DNA of 64,000 nt from Rhodothermales bacterium (GTDB taxonomy: Bacteria; Bacteroidota; Rhodothermia; Rhodothermales; Bin80). Every line of letters begins with the position of its first letter. Within the stretch, counting starts at the first letter, position 1. The position numbers were made by a program, and so were the translations under genes. Under the pieces are notes generated by a model. The model did not search any database. It saw only the letters and a list, made by a program, of their open reading frames with translations, and had not been told where the DNA came from. Of this stretch, positions 40,898-51,415 are shown in pieces. The stretch is from positions 78,597-142,596 of the forward strand of contig CBDHCQ010000004.1 in NCBI GenBank assembly GCA_965261255.1, given 5' to 3'.

Positions 40898-43243
40898 CTA
40901 CTGCAACCTTACCCTATAGCCAAGAATCAACCTGTTGACATCAAAGAAATCCAGCGTGCTGAATTCAGTGAAGAATCTTGATGTTCCCCAAGCGAAAAAC
41001 TCCGCGCCCACCAACAGGTTAAGGACGAGTTCGAAATCCGAAAAGCTTTCATCGACAAAAAAGCCTATCCCGGGGCCCCCGTACAGGTCCAGTGGTCCCA
41101 CCCTGCGGAGATTCCAAGCGGCGGTGCCTAGCATAGCGACGGACAACTGGTCGATAATGCCAACGCTAACCTCCGGCAAAATCCGGAATCCGAGTCGAGA
41201 GAAGCGAAGATCTCCACGAATTCCGAACAAAAGCTGGGTTGCGCCTCCCATCCGAAGCCCCAGATGCGGCTGCAGCGCCGCCAGTCGCGGTTTACCGAAC
41301 GCACCCAGAATTCCCTGCCGCGTGGTGGTGTCCTCGGGTGCCATCACCATTTCCGTAATGTCGCGCTCGTGCTCGCGCAACCGGTCCAGTTCCTGGGCGA
41401 CATGACGCTCCATACGTTCCTCTATCTGACTCAGGATCTCCGCAAGTTCCGAAGCGGATATTCCTCCTCTTTCCGGCATCGCTCTTGCGACTTGGCTGGC
41501 GATTTCCTCGATCTGTTCCGGTGTAAGAGGATCTGCGGCCGAGTCAGGTTGAACCTGTTCTGCAGTTGGCGATACTTCCCGGGTTGTGATTTCTTCGTCC
41601 GGCATCGTAACGACAAAAGGAGGCGAATTGGGTGCCCCCGCTGGCAAGTCGCCGAATCGAATATATATCTCGCCTACTTCGGGAACCGGGATCGTAACCG
41701 TTTGACCGGATATATTGCTTGTTTGGCTCACTGCGGCCATCGTTGAGTCATTCGTTGCGAACTGGATGCGACTTGGGATTGCCAGCGTGTCGTTTACGGC
41801 AGCGATGTCCGTTGGCATCGCACGGGCAGACGACAAAGAATCCAAACTCGCCCGCATTCGGGCCAGCTCCGCATTCACGGCTTCAACATGCGCTTGAGCC
41901 TCCGCCCGCTCGCTGGCCAACTGATTTTCCAACACGCGTCTGGATCCGCCGCCTAAGCTAAACTTAACCCCAAACGTATACATCCGGCTGCTGACGATCT
42001 GGCCGGGATCGCTGGCCGTCTCATCGGCAAGTGTGCTCATCAGCACGCTCCTCACGCTGCCGTTAAGCCGCAAGCCTGCCCCCAAACCCAAATCGAGCCC
42101 CACGCCGCCAATGGCGAAATTCCGGCTTGCAATTGAGAGTCCACTTTGATTGGCGAAACTTGCCTCTTCGCCTACATTCATGTATCCGACGCCCATGAGA
42201 ACGAACGGTACAATGTCGCGTCCGCCGCCTCTGGAGTTTATACGAAGATCCACCTCACCCCCGAAGTACTCCACTTCGCCGAATTCATCCGGCAGACCAT
42301 CTTCAAATGCCACATCCTGGTCCGTGTTGCGCCAGTAAAAGCCGCGCATGCCGACGTACGGTCCCAGGTCAAAGCCGGCGGAAATCCCGGCCAAAGCGCG
42401 GGACTCCGGAAAGCCCAGCGCCGCATTGAAATTGATCTGCCCGTAGAATGGCTCCACGGCCAATCGCAACCGGCTCCCTCTATAGATCTGTGTCCGATCG
42501 GAGTAAGCCATCATTCCGCCTTCGTGACCACCGAAGATCAGCGTCAACGACGCCGTCAGGGTTCGCATGCCCGCGTTCTTCCAGCTGAAGAGTCCGCCCG
42601 CCCCGGGCCTCATGCCACTTCCAGGAAGAAACGTTACTCCGGGATTCACCTGGTAGGCATACTCTTCGGCAGTCACCGAAAAGTTCATCCAGCGAGACAG
42701 GCTTAGGGCAAGGCCAATGCCGGCGCTTCCATATATGGATTCGGTGGACTCCAGCCCGTCTGGCTTAAACTCCAGGATCCCTGCTCCTGCGGTAACAAAG
42801 GGCACGATTCGACCGTGCCACGCATTAATGCGCAGACTGCCGCCATAACGCCGCAAGTCAACCTGCCGACCCCCTAATGCCGGAATGCCCGGCCTTATGT
42901 TTCCTTCAAGCTCCCCGATGGTACCGTCCCCGAATCGGGAAAAGTCCGTCTCAACTGGGGCGTCGCTGAAGAAATAGTTGCCGCTCACCTCAACCCGATC
43001 ACCAAACCTGAGGCCAAAGGCTCCGCCGTAAATGTCTCCGCTGGAGAGACCGGCTTCATTGCTGAAGCTCGCGCTGCTGCCGTATGCGGAGAGTTTATAG
43101 CTGATTCCGCTGAATTGCGCCCGCGCTGCGGGGTTAATGCTCAAAAGACAGCAGACGAATAGTGCGAATATGATTCCGCTTGCAGACCCGAACCGCAGCG
43201 CTTCGACCAGCTGCCTACGGGTTGCGCTAATCAAGAGATTCAT
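40898..43243 (-). CDS. large outer-membrane-type protein: beta-rich N- and C-terminal regions flanking a charged coiled-coil-like middle
   Basis: Signal-like N-terminus ...LLSINPAARAQ. Gly/Ser/aromatic alternating beta-strand-like stretches at both ends. Middle region RVLENQLASERAEAQAHVEAVNAELARMRASLDSL ... EERMERHVAQELDRLREHERDITE. Confidence 0.6.
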   Translation of the reverse strand: MNLLISATRRQLVEALRFGSASGIIFALFVCCLLSINPAARAQFSGISYKLSAYGSSASFSNEAGLSSGDIYGGAFGLRFGDRVEVSGNYFFSDAPVETDFSRFGDGTIGELEGNIRPGIPALGGRQVDLRRYGGSLRINAWHGRIVPFVTAGAGILEFKPDGLESTESIYGSAGIGLALSLSRWMNFSVTAEEYAYQVNPGVTFLPGSGMRPGAGGLFSWKNAGMRTLTASLTLIFGGHEGGMMAYSDRTQIYRGSRLRLAVEPFYGQINFNAALGFPESRALAGISAGFDLGPYVGMRGFYWRNTDQDVAFEDGLPDEFGEVEYFGGEVDLRINSRGGGRDIVPFVLMGVGYMNVGEEASFANQSGLSIASRNFAIGGVGLDLGLGAGLRLNGSVRSVLMSTLADETASDPGQIVSSRMYTFGVKFSLGGGSRRVLENQLASERAEAQAHVEAVNAELARMRASLDSLSSARAMPTDIAAVNDTLAIPSRIQFATNDSTMAAVSQTSNISGQTVTIPVPEVGEIYIRFGDLPAGAPNSPPFVVTMPDEEITTREVSPTAEQVQPDSAADPLTPEQIEEIASQVARAMPERGGISASELAEILSQIEERMERHVAQELDRLREHERDITEMVMAPEDTTTRQGILGAFGKPRLAALQPHLGLRMGGATQLLFGIRGDLRFSRLGFRILPEVSVGIIDQLSVAMLGTAAWNLRRVGPLDLYGGPGIGFFVDESFSDFELVLNLLVGAEFFAWGTSRFFTEFSTLDFFDVNRLILGYRVRLQ

Positions 43244-43787
43244 AATTGGTGACGATTAGTTGCGTTTAGGCCACTTCACGCGGTAATCTTGGATTGCCCG
43301 GATACGCGCACCACCGACTCTGGCGGAAGATTTTGCAGGTCGTCAGTGGCACAGCAGGTACGTAAGGCAAAACGTTACGGTGTAAGAAAGTTCTTCCCTT
43401 TGGTTCCACTCACCAGCCTAATAATTCCTCCGCCTCGCGCTGGTGCAAGACGTGATCCGATCACCAGACCAACGATAGGGATGCTGCCGCAGCCAAGTTG
43501 CCATCTGGCACTTGGACCATACCTTGCGCATGGCCGGAGCGGTCGCTTACCTGCTCCCCGTGGCAAGACATAATATTGTGGGGAGTAATTAATAATTGCA
43601 TCTACAATAACGCAATTCAGTTTCCATAGAGATCCCCGGAAGCGACCTATGTAGCAACGCGATCATTTGAGGGGGCAATGGCTCGCCAGAGACACGTCTT
43701 TGCCATGGGCGGGCGTGAACACGAAGTGCTCCAGCAGGTCGAACGAGCAGGCGATACAGTAATGCACGCACCGAAAAAGGTAAAGCG

Positions 43788-43861
<74 letters not shown>

Positions 43862-43890
43862 AGTAGGGACGGCTAACGCGTGACGGGGCT

Positions 43891-44397
43891 ATGGGATCCG
43901 ATGCCAAATCGTTACCTTTGGGAATGGAGCAATTGAATTTTCCGCCATACAATTTTGAGGTACGAAACGCGGACGGCAAAGTAGTAATTCTGGATCGCGT
44001 CCGCCAGCGTTTTGTACCATTAACTCCAGAAGAATGGGTACGTCAGCACTTGATCCAGTATCTCATTGAAGACTTGGATGTACCTAAGGGGTTTATCGCC
44101 TTGGAGGCCTCCATCCCGGCGCATGATCGTTATTACCGGGCAGATGTTGTCGTTTACGACCGAAAGATGCAACCGGTACTGATCGCTGAGTGCAAAAATC
44201 CATCCGTTAAGATCAAGCAGGATGTATTTGACCAGGTTGGCCATTACAATACGGTGTGTAAAGCACCTTATCTGTTAGTGACGAATGGTCTACAGCACTA
44301 CTGTTATTGGATAGATCACAAGAATCGTGAATCCCGGTTCATGAATGAGCTTCCATCCTATCATAAAATGATATTATCCTCAATCAATGCTTCGTAA
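43891..44397 (+). CDS. type I restriction enzyme HsdR N-terminal-domain (PD-(D/E)xK-like) small protein
   Basis: YRADVVVYDRKMQPVLIAECKNPSVKIKQDVFDQVGHYNTVCKAPYLLVTNG is typical of the stand-alone HsdR_N family common in Bacteroidota. Confidence 0.8.
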   Translation: MGSDAKSLPLGMEQLNFPPYNFEVRNADGKVVILDRVRQRFVPLTPEEWVRQHLIQYLIEDLDVPKGFIALEASIPAHDRYYRADVVVYDRKMQPVLIAECKNPSVKIKQDVFDQVGHYNTVCKAPYLLVTNGLQHYCYWIDHKNRESRFMNELPSYHKMILSSINAS

Positions 44398-45340
44398 CAC
44401 ATATTCGAAAGAGGTTTCGGTTGTCAAGACAGCTCTTGGTGTAGCGGCGGAGCTTTGCAGGAATGTCCAAGATCGGATAGCTGTTGCCAAGGGTGATCGA
44501 AGTCCGGTCACGGTGGCAGACTACGGAAGCCAGGCACTGGTTTGTCGTGCTGTTCGAGAAGCTTTTCCAGATGATCCGATTATTGCTGAGGAAGACAGTA
44601 CGCTGTTAAGGATGCCTGAACAGTCTGCGCTTCGGGAAATGCTGACCAAACATCTCACGAATGTTCATCCAGAATGCACGTTGAGCGATGCGATGAGATG
44701 GATTGATTATGGTAGCGCGGAGGGTTTCAGTGACCGGTTCTGGACACTTGACCCGATTGATGGCACCAAGGGTTTTTTGCGGAAGGGGCATTTTGCTGTG
44801 GCCCTGGCTCTCATTTTAGACGGTGAGGTGGTAGTGGGTGGACTCGCCTGCCCGAAACTGGACGGCGGAACACTTGTAGCGGTACGTGGGCACGGAGCAA
44901 CGCAAGGTAGACGTTTGATCAGCGTCAGCACTATTGATCGAGTAAGCGATGCAAGGTTTTGTGAGAGCATGGAGTCTGGGCATAGTGCACATGGGGATGC
45001 GCAACGGGTTGCCGACTACCTAGGAATTACCACCGAGAGCAGGCGATTGGACAGCCAGGCGAAGTACGCGGTTGTTGCGCGCGGAGAGGCGGAAATTTAC
45101 ATGCGCCTGCCGACACGAAAGGGGTATGTTGAGCGCATTTGGGATCACGCGGCGGGAGCGTTGATCGTGAGCGAAGCAGGTGGGAGCGTTACCGATTGCA
45201 GAGGCATAGAACTGGACTTTACGTGCGGCAAGGGACTGACGCGTAATCGTGGCATTATCGCAACCAATGGTAAAATCCACGGCGAAGTGATCAATGCACT
45301 GAAAACACTCAAAATAGGACAGAAGTTGCCCGAGGAATAG
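44387..45340 (+). CDS. 3'(2'),5'-bisphosphate nucleotidase (HAL2/CysQ-type, inositol monophosphatase family)
   Basis: DRSPVTVADYGSQALV, EED, WTLDPIDGTKGFLR, WDHAAG motifs. Overlaps the upstream gene by 11 nt. Confidence 0.8.
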   Translation: MLRNTYSKEVSVVKTALGVAAELCRNVQDRIAVAKGDRSPVTVADYGSQALVCRAVREAFPDDPIIAEEDSTLLRMPEQSALREMLTKHLTNVHPECTLSDAMRWIDYGSAEGFSDRFWTLDPIDGTKGFLRKGHFAVALALILDGEVVVGGLACPKLDGGTLVAVRGHGATQGRRLISVSTIDRVSDARFCESMESGHSAHGDAQRVADYLGITTESRRLDSQAKYAVVARGEAEIYMRLPTRKGYVERIWDHAAGALIVSEAGGSVTDCRGIELDFTCGKGLTRNRGIIATNGKIHGEVINALKTLKIGQKLPEE

Positions 45341-45351
45341 CGGCGTTTCCC

Positions 45352-46464
45352 ATGAAAACACGAGCAGCAGTGTTGCACAGAGTAGGGGAGCCGTTGGTTA
45401 TTGAGGAGTTGGAGCTTCAGCCCCCAAAGGCCAACGAGGTCCTTGTTCGGGTACATGCAGCAGGTGTTTGTCGCAGCGATCTTCAGGTAATGACCGGTAG
45501 CACCCCACACGTTCTGCCGGCAGTGCTCGGACATGAGGGCGCAGGGGCCGTCGTCGAATGTGGTAGTAAATCAGCAAATCTGCGGCCGGGTGATCGTGTG
45601 ATATTCAATTGGGCGCCAGCGTGTGGGCAATGCTTCTACTGTGATCTGCGCCGGCCGGCCCTCTGCAGTGTCACCAAGGATACCATTTGGGCAGGAGTCA
45701 TGCAGGATGGAACCCCACGCATGTATCTTGGGAAGAGCCCAGTATATCAGTACTGCGCGCTTGGATGTTTTTCGGAATATGTGGTAGTTGCTGAAGCTGC
45801 ATGTGTGCCACTCCCCGCAAACCTGAAGATCTCCATGCCTGTTGCTGCATTGATAGGTTGCGCCGTTACGACCGGCGTGGGGGCGGTACTGAATACTGCG
45901 CGGGTACCTGCTGGGAGTGATGTTGTGGTATTTGGGGCAGGCGGGGTCGGTCTATCGGCAATTCTTGGTGCAAGATTGGCTGGTGCAGGGCTCGTTATGG
46001 CTGTCGATCCTGTTCGAGATCGCCGGATTAAGGCTGCTGAGTTTGGCGCTGACGGGACTCTTTCCGGGGACGACCGGGATGCCTCCATAGTCCGGGAGCG
46101 CACTGAGAGCCGAGGAGCTGATTTTGTCATTGAGGCAACGGGTATTCCAAGTGTCCAGGAAGCCTGTCTGGAGGCTGTGCGACCTGGAGGTACATTGGTT
46201 TTGGCTGGTCTGGCACCGGTTGGAAGCAGTACGAGTTTTCCTGCTGCCCGGATTACCCGCGGGGAGATAACGATCACGGGATCATATTACGGCACTTCGG
46301 TGCCCAAGGATGATTTTTTGCGGTACGCTCGCTATTACTTGGAGGGGAAGCTTCCACTGGCCAGCATGATAACCCGACAGTATCCTCTTGAAGAGGTTAT
46401 GCAGGCATATGAGGACCTTGAACAGGGTCGTTTAATACGGGGTGTGTTGCTAATGAACGGATAG
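45352..46464 (+). CDS. zinc-dependent alcohol dehydrogenase family protein
   Basis: VRVHAAGVCRSDLQV...LGHEGAGAVVECG, structural-Zn Cys cluster CGQCFYC, Rossmann VVFGAGGVGLSA. Confidence 0.9.
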   Translation: MKTRAAVLHRVGEPLVIEELELQPPKANEVLVRVHAAGVCRSDLQVMTGSTPHVLPAVLGHEGAGAVVECGSKSANLRPGDRVIFNWAPACGQCFYCDLRRPALCSVTKDTIWAGVMQDGTPRMYLGKSPVYQYCALGCFSEYVVVAEAACVPLPANLKISMPVAALIGCAVTTGVGAVLNTARVPAGSDVVVFGAGGVGLSAILGARLAGAGLVMAVDPVRDRRIKAAEFGADGTLSGDDRDASIVRERTESRGADFVIEATGIPSVQEACLEAVRPGGTLVLAGLAPVGSSTSFPAARITRGEITITGSYYGTSVPKDDFLRYARYYLEGKLPLASMITRQYPLEEVMQAYEDLEQGRLIRGVLLMNG

Positions 46465-46871
46465 CATGTGTTGACCAAAAGTTGGATCAAACCGTCAAAG
46501 TTCGGTGCGGGGTATCTCGAAACAAACGGTGGTTTGCTAACCTACCTATCCAGGAAGGATTAATTAGCAAATTCTTTAAATTGGCCGATGTGCATCAATA
46601 AATCTGTCCTCCCGTTGAAAACTGCGTGAGGGATGAATTCACTACAGCACGGATGCCGGGAATGTGTTGGCTACTCTGATTGGGTTGAGGAAGCTTGTAT
46701 GCAAACAAGTGGACTAACAGTTCAAGCATGTTCAAAGCCCGTATGTGTGATCAGATACCACATGCTGACTTAAAAACTATCGTTTAACCTCAGACACATG
46801 CACGTGCAGCCGGCATGCGCTTGGGTGGTAAACAATACTAGGGTACATTTCTTAATGAAGAGGTCTCTTGG

Positions 46872-48998
46872 ATGAATATTAACGAATCGGTTAGCGGACT
46901 AAAGACGACATTACGACTGTTGATGCTGAAACCTTTGCTTTTTGCAGTTGCATGTCCGGTTTTTCTGCAGGCTCAGGATGTGGATACACTCAGCACTGTT
47001 GCCATGGACGAAGTCGTTGTTACGGCGGATCGGTCCGAGTCCATGCGTTCGCAGTCCACCGGGGCAGTGAGCGTGCTAAAAAGTACGACGATCAGGCAAT
47101 TAGCCGGTGTTCGGGGCTTGGCTGGCGCACTGCAGCAAGTACCTGGGTTCGCTATGCTCCATTTGGACGGCATAGGGTATGATGCACAGCCTATCATTCG
47201 CGGATTTTATGGCGGCGGAGAAGCAGAATATGTTTTGTTAATGGTGGATGGGCAACCAGTAAATGCACTGGAAACCGGACTCGTAAACTGGGATCAGATC
47301 CCCTTGGTGGCTATTGAGTCCGTGGAAATCCTTCGCGGTGGGGCTTCATCGCTGTATGGTGATGCTGCGATTGGGGGTGTCATTAATATTGTAACAGATT
47401 CCGAAGCATCTTCACGTTCCGAATTATCGGTTTTCGGTGGCTCGTTTGGTACATTCAGGGGAAGCGGGTCCTTGCGGACATCGCTTGGTGGCAGAGAGAT
47501 TTCGTCCTATGGCAATTATGAGACGTTACGCGGATATCGGGAGCACGCCAATCGTACCAAGTTTGGTGTGGGGGTCAGTTCGGACATATTTCGCTCAAGC
47601 CGGGCCAAGATTACGCTTTCCGGGTCTATGCATGTGCGGAATTATGATATTCCGGGTCCACTCACAAGCGAGCAGATTGCCAACGACCGTGTCCAGCAAT
47701 CCCCGTTTTTCCAACTTGATGATACTGACGAGCGCACCCAGCGATTAGCACTGCAGGGCAGGATGTATTTTGGTGAGCAGTCAGAACTGCGCACTTCATT
47801 AGTTGGTAACCGGCGTAGCTTGGAGGGTACGCGCACGCTTCCCTTGAGTGCGGAATTCGCAGATGCAAAATGGCGGGATTTTGGGACTTCAAGGGTGTTT
47901 ATGAGTGTGCAGTGGGTAACCCCATCATTGTTCGCAGACGATCGCATGACGGTCGGTGCAGATCTCCAGCGCGGGGGGCTCGACGTAGAATGGCGTGACG
48001 TCGTTACGGGGACCGCTGACGATTTTCAGGATCACGATGGCACAATCGGTGAATTGTCAAGTGCGGGGAATGGTACTCGAAGTGCCCTAGCTGCATACAT
48101 GCAATACGACATTGAGCCCACGCATCGATTGCGTGCCTCGGCGGGCATTCGTTACGACCGCATCAGTGATACGTACTCGCCGGAACAGGGTACCAGTCGG
48201 GATGCTGTTCATACCGCATTGAGTCCAAAGGTGGGTTTGAATATTCGCTACGTGGCAAGTACGCAGCACGTAGGTAATTGGTATGCCAATGTGACGCGCT
48301 CATTCAAGACTGCCACCTTGGATCAGCTCTTCGGCCAGAGATTGATCCCTTTGCCTTTTCCGCCATACGCTGTATCTATATCAAACCATGAGTTGAAGCC
48401 TCAGCGTGGCACTAGTTTTGAGACCGGATTATACCATCGTTCAGTGCTCGTACCAGAAAGCTTAAGTGGGGAACTGGCATTGAGTATATACCAGATGGAC
48501 ATGAAGGATGAACTGGATTTTCAGTTCGAGACTTTCCAGTATGCAAATATTGCCAGCAGCAGGCACCGAGGACTGGAAGCTGGGTTATCTCTGGAAACGG
48601 GAAACTCAGCGTCCTTGCGGTTCAATTACACACTCCAGAACGTGACCTACCGTTCAGGAGACAACGAGGGAAATTTTGTCAAGGCTATCCCGAGAGATTA
48701 CATCTCGGCTGCGGTGAGCTTGCCTATCCGGGACAGGATTCAGGCCATGACGACGTTACGGAGTGCCCGACGCATCTGGCTGGATGATGCCAATACCGTT
48801 GGACTAGACAATTTCTCCTCGGTAGATTTCAAGCTCACGTACGCAGTGGGTCGGCTGACAATTGAGTTTGAGGCATTCAACCTCTTGAATAATCTATTCA
48901 GTACGACAGGATTCCTGGATCCGGGCGGTTCAGATACAGTATTTGTTTATCCTGCAGCGGGGCGTGCCATGCAGCTCGGGGCCGGGGTTGTATGGTAG
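46872..48998 (+). CDS. TonB-dependent receptor
   Basis: Signal peptide. Plug motifs DEVVVTADR and IESVEILRGGASSLYGDAAIGGVINIVT. 708 aa with a beta-barrel-type C-terminus ending GAGVVW. Confidence 0.9.
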   Translation: MNINESVSGLKTTLRLLMLKPLLFAVACPVFLQAQDVDTLSTVAMDEVVVTADRSESMRSQSTGAVSVLKSTTIRQLAGVRGLAGALQQVPGFAMLHLDGIGYDAQPIIRGFYGGGEAEYVLLMVDGQPVNALETGLVNWDQIPLVAIESVEILRGGASSLYGDAAIGGVINIVTDSEASSRSELSVFGGSFGTFRGSGSLRTSLGGREISSYGNYETLRGYREHANRTKFGVGVSSDIFRSSRAKITLSGSMHVRNYDIPGPLTSEQIANDRVQQSPFFQLDDTDERTQRLALQGRMYFGEQSELRTSLVGNRRSLEGTRTLPLSAEFADAKWRDFGTSRVFMSVQWVTPSLFADDRMTVGADLQRGGLDVEWRDVVTGTADDFQDHDGTIGELSSAGNGTRSALAAYMQYDIEPTHRLRASAGIRYDRISDTYSPEQGTSRDAVHTALSPKVGLNIRYVASTQHVGNWYANVTRSFKTATLDQLFGQRLIPLPFPPYAVSISNHELKPQRGTSFETGLYHRSVLVPESLSGELALSIYQMDMKDELDFQFETFQYANIASSRHRGLEAGLSLETGNSASLRFNYTLQNVTYRSGDNEGNFVKAIPRDYISAAVSLPIRDRIQAMTTLRSARRIWLDDANTVGLDNFSSVDFKLTYAVGRLTIEFEAFNLLNNLFSTTGFLDPGGSDTVFVYPAAGRAMQLGAGVVW

Positions 48999-49027
48999 AT
49001 AAGTACCATAATTAGACAAGCAGCTCA

Positions 49028-49366
49028 GTGAAGAGAGTTTATACGGTTATAGTGCTTGTTGGCGCGCTTTTCTTCGCGCTGTGTGCATATTGGCAATTGA
49101 ATGATCCCGATGCGCTTTGGTGGGTTGTTGCGTATGCATTTGCCGCACTGGCAGGTTTTGCGACGATACTAAACCGGTTGCCGTGGCGACTCGCGGCCTT
49201 AGTTACACTTGCAGCATTAGGGCTTGGTCTTTACTACACTTGGTTGGTTGTGAGCCAAAATCTCCACTACTTTGAGGATGAAGCCGGCCGCGAAATGATG
49301 GGTGCCCTGATGATCTTCGTCTATATGCTTATTCTGACGAGGCGTGCACGTCAGAAGCGGAGTTAG
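49028..49366 (+). CDS. small 4-TM membrane protein (TMEM220-like)
   Basis: WQLNDPDALWWVVAYAFAAL plus three further hydrophobic helices. GTG start. The 3' end overlaps the convergent amidohydrolase gene by 38 nt. Confidence 0.5.
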   Translation: MKRVYTVIVLVGALFFALCAYWQLNDPDALWWVVAYAFAALAGFATILNRLPWRLAALVTLAALGLGLYYTWLVVSQNLHYFEDEAGREMMGALMIFVYMLILTRRARQKRS

Positions 49367-51098
49367 CTTGTGCTTGGTACTTCACGACGCCCCCTACTAT
49401 CGTGTAGAGTACCTCGGTTGAGGGGATTTCTTCATCGGGAATGGTCAGGATATCCTCCGATAGGACAGTAATATCTGCCAGTTTTCCGGGTGTAAGCGAG
49501 CCTTTGATGTCTTCCTCAAACGCTGCATAGGCATTATTGAGTGTGTAAGACTGTAAGGCCTGCTCCCTTGAGAGTCGCTCGTCGGGATAAAACACGGATC
49601 CATCGCTTAGTACGCGTGTGACCGTTGCATAGTAGCTTGCGATAGGGTCTATATCTTCCACGGGCGCGTCGGTCCCATTCGTGACGACCGCACCGGTCTG
49701 CCATAACGTTTGCCAGCGATATGCCCCACTTTGCGCCCGTTCTTCACCTAAGCGGCGAAAAACCCATAAGCCATCACTTGTGGCGTGGACACCCTGCATA
49801 GCAGGGATGACTCCTAGGCTTCCAAACCGTGGGATGTCGTCTGGGTGAATATGCTGTGCGTGTTCAATCCGCCAGCGATAATCGTTGTCGGTGTTGCCGT
49901 ATAGCGATTCGTAAAGATCCAGAACGACCCGGTTGGCACGGTCTCCAATTGCGTGAATATTCACTTGGAAGTCATGGGCTTTTGCGATTTCTGCCGTGGC
50001 CCGGACTTCGTCTGTTGCGGTGGTTTCGAGGCCCCTTGAGTTAGGCATATCTGTGTATGGTTCAAGGAGCCAGGCACCGTGAGAGCCGAGTGCTCCATCA
50101 ATGGAGCGCTTTACGCTGCGGACGGTCAGGTGATTGTTTCCGTAGCCGATCATTCGATAGGATGCCAGCTTTTCCTCCAGTTCCACACTGTTTGAACGAA
50201 TCATCACATAAAGGCGGACGGGAAGGTTACCTTCATCCGCGAGTTCCTTGAAAAGGTCTACGGTAGAAAACCCTACTCCGGCGTCATGGAATGATGTTAT
50301 TCCGTTAGTCAGAGCTTCTTCGGCGGCCAAGCGCGCCATTGTGCGCAATTCCTCATCAAGTTCTTCGGGTGTCATTCCTTCCCGTGCCTTTGCCCGTGCG
50401 GCTGCCACGAGGCCCTCGGCGGTTTCTCGGAGAAGTCCAGTCAGGTCTCCGCGCAGATCTCTTACGAGCTCGCCGCCGGCGGGGTTTGGAGTTTCTGGGC
50501 TAAGTCCAGCCGCGTCCATTGCCGCTTTGTTGGCAAATCCTGCGTGACCGCTGGCATGGCGCAGTAGTACCGGATTATCGGGAGATACAGCGCTCAGGGT
50601 GTGGTGTGTGGGAACACCTTCCACGGATCCGGGAGGGATTGAATCCCATTTTTCCTGATGCCATCCGCGGCCGGTGATCCAGTCGCCCTGCTCAGCTTCG
50701 GCAGCAGCCGAGTCAACCATTGCCACAATTTCTTCCCAACTCTTGACTGCCGTCAGGTCAAGAATCATTTTGGCTTCGCCAACCCCAAGGAAATGGCCGT
50801 GTCCCTCAATGAGACCTGGAATAGCTAGGTTACCTCCCAAATCTATGACATGAGTTTCCGCTCCGATTTGGGCTGCAATGTCTTCGGCGGTGCCCACGGC
50901 TACGATGGTATCCCCTTTTACAGCCAAGGCTTCTGCCTCTGGAAGGGATGGGTCCACAGTGACAATTTTACCGTTCGTCAGCACGAGGTCGGCAAATTCT
51001 TCACTGGAACAGCCGAAAAATAAAAGAGCAGATAGCGTAAGCGCGATGAAGGTAGAGGAAGAGAGCTTCATGGGGTCAGCGTTTGGGGGCCTAAACAT
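49329..51098 (-). CDS. amidohydrolase-family metal-dependent hydrolase (YtcJ-like)
   Basis: Lipoprotein-type signal (LLFFGCSS). GLIEGHGHF metal-binding start. VNIHAIGDRAN...IEHAQH...HATSD motifs. Confidence 0.85.
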   Translation of the reverse strand: MFRPPNADPMKLSSSTFIALTLSALLFFGCSSEEFADLVLTNGKIVTVDPSLPEAEALAVKGDTIVAVGTAEDIAAQIGAETHVIDLGGNLAIPGLIEGHGHFLGVGEAKMILDLTAVKSWEEIVAMVDSAAAEAEQGDWITGRGWHQEKWDSIPPGSVEGVPTHHTLSAVSPDNPVLLRHASGHAGFANKAAMDAAGLSPETPNPAGGELVRDLRGDLTGLLRETAEGLVAAARAKAREGMTPEELDEELRTMARLAAEEALTNGITSFHDAGVGFSTVDLFKELADEGNLPVRLYVMIRSNSVELEEKLASYRMIGYGNNHLTVRSVKRSIDGALGSHGAWLLEPYTDMPNSRGLETTATDEVRATAEIAKAHDFQVNIHAIGDRANRVVLDLYESLYGNTDNDYRWRIEHAQHIHPDDIPRFGSLGVIPAMQGVHATSDGLWVFRRLGEERAQSGAYRWQTLWQTGAVVTNGTDAPVEDIDPIASYYATVTRVLSDGSVFYPDERLSREQALQSYTLNNAYAAFEEDIKGSLTPGKLADITVLSEDILTIPDEEIPSTEVLYTIVGGVVKYQAQANSASDVHASSE

Positions 51099-51342
51099 AC
51101 GAAGATAAACATTGGATGTCGCACATACAGCTATTGGTTAATCCTCGGGGTTACATATTCAACGGGGATTATCTAATTGCGTGAAACTCGCTCAGGCTTA
51201 TGATTAAGAATCATTTTTAGCGAGTTTGTCTGGCTGAAGGAATTGACGGATGAAGAAGGAAGTCTCCACGAACTCGGTGTTATACACTGGATGGGGGCTC
51301 CGTTTGGAACCAATTTGAGCAACATAGAATAAACGCCCTGAC

Positions 51343-51415
51343 TGCCCTGTAGCTCAATTGGCAGAGCGCCTGGCTCTGGACCAGGAGGTTCCAGGTTCGA
51401 ATCCTGGCGGGGCAA
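51343..51415 (+). tRNA. tRNA-Gln (anticodon CTG)
   Basis: Acceptor TGCCCTG/CGGGGCA (one G-U pair), D-arm AGCTCAATTGGCAGAGC, anticodon stem CCTGG/CCAGG with loop CTCTGGA, T-arm CCAGG-TTCGAAT-CCTGG. Confidence 0.9.

Noticed and set aside
46465-46871. Riboswitch (cobalamin or TPP) in the 400-nt leader of the TonB-dependent receptor
   Set aside because: Reading by eye I could not find a B12 box (GCCACTG-like) or the TPP CTGAGA / ACCTGA elements. An Infernal/Rfam scan would be needed to be sure.
51173-51415. 80-aa minus-strand ORF
   Set aside because: It overlaps tRNA-Gln(CTG) on the opposite strand. The tRNA cloverleaf is the better explanation.
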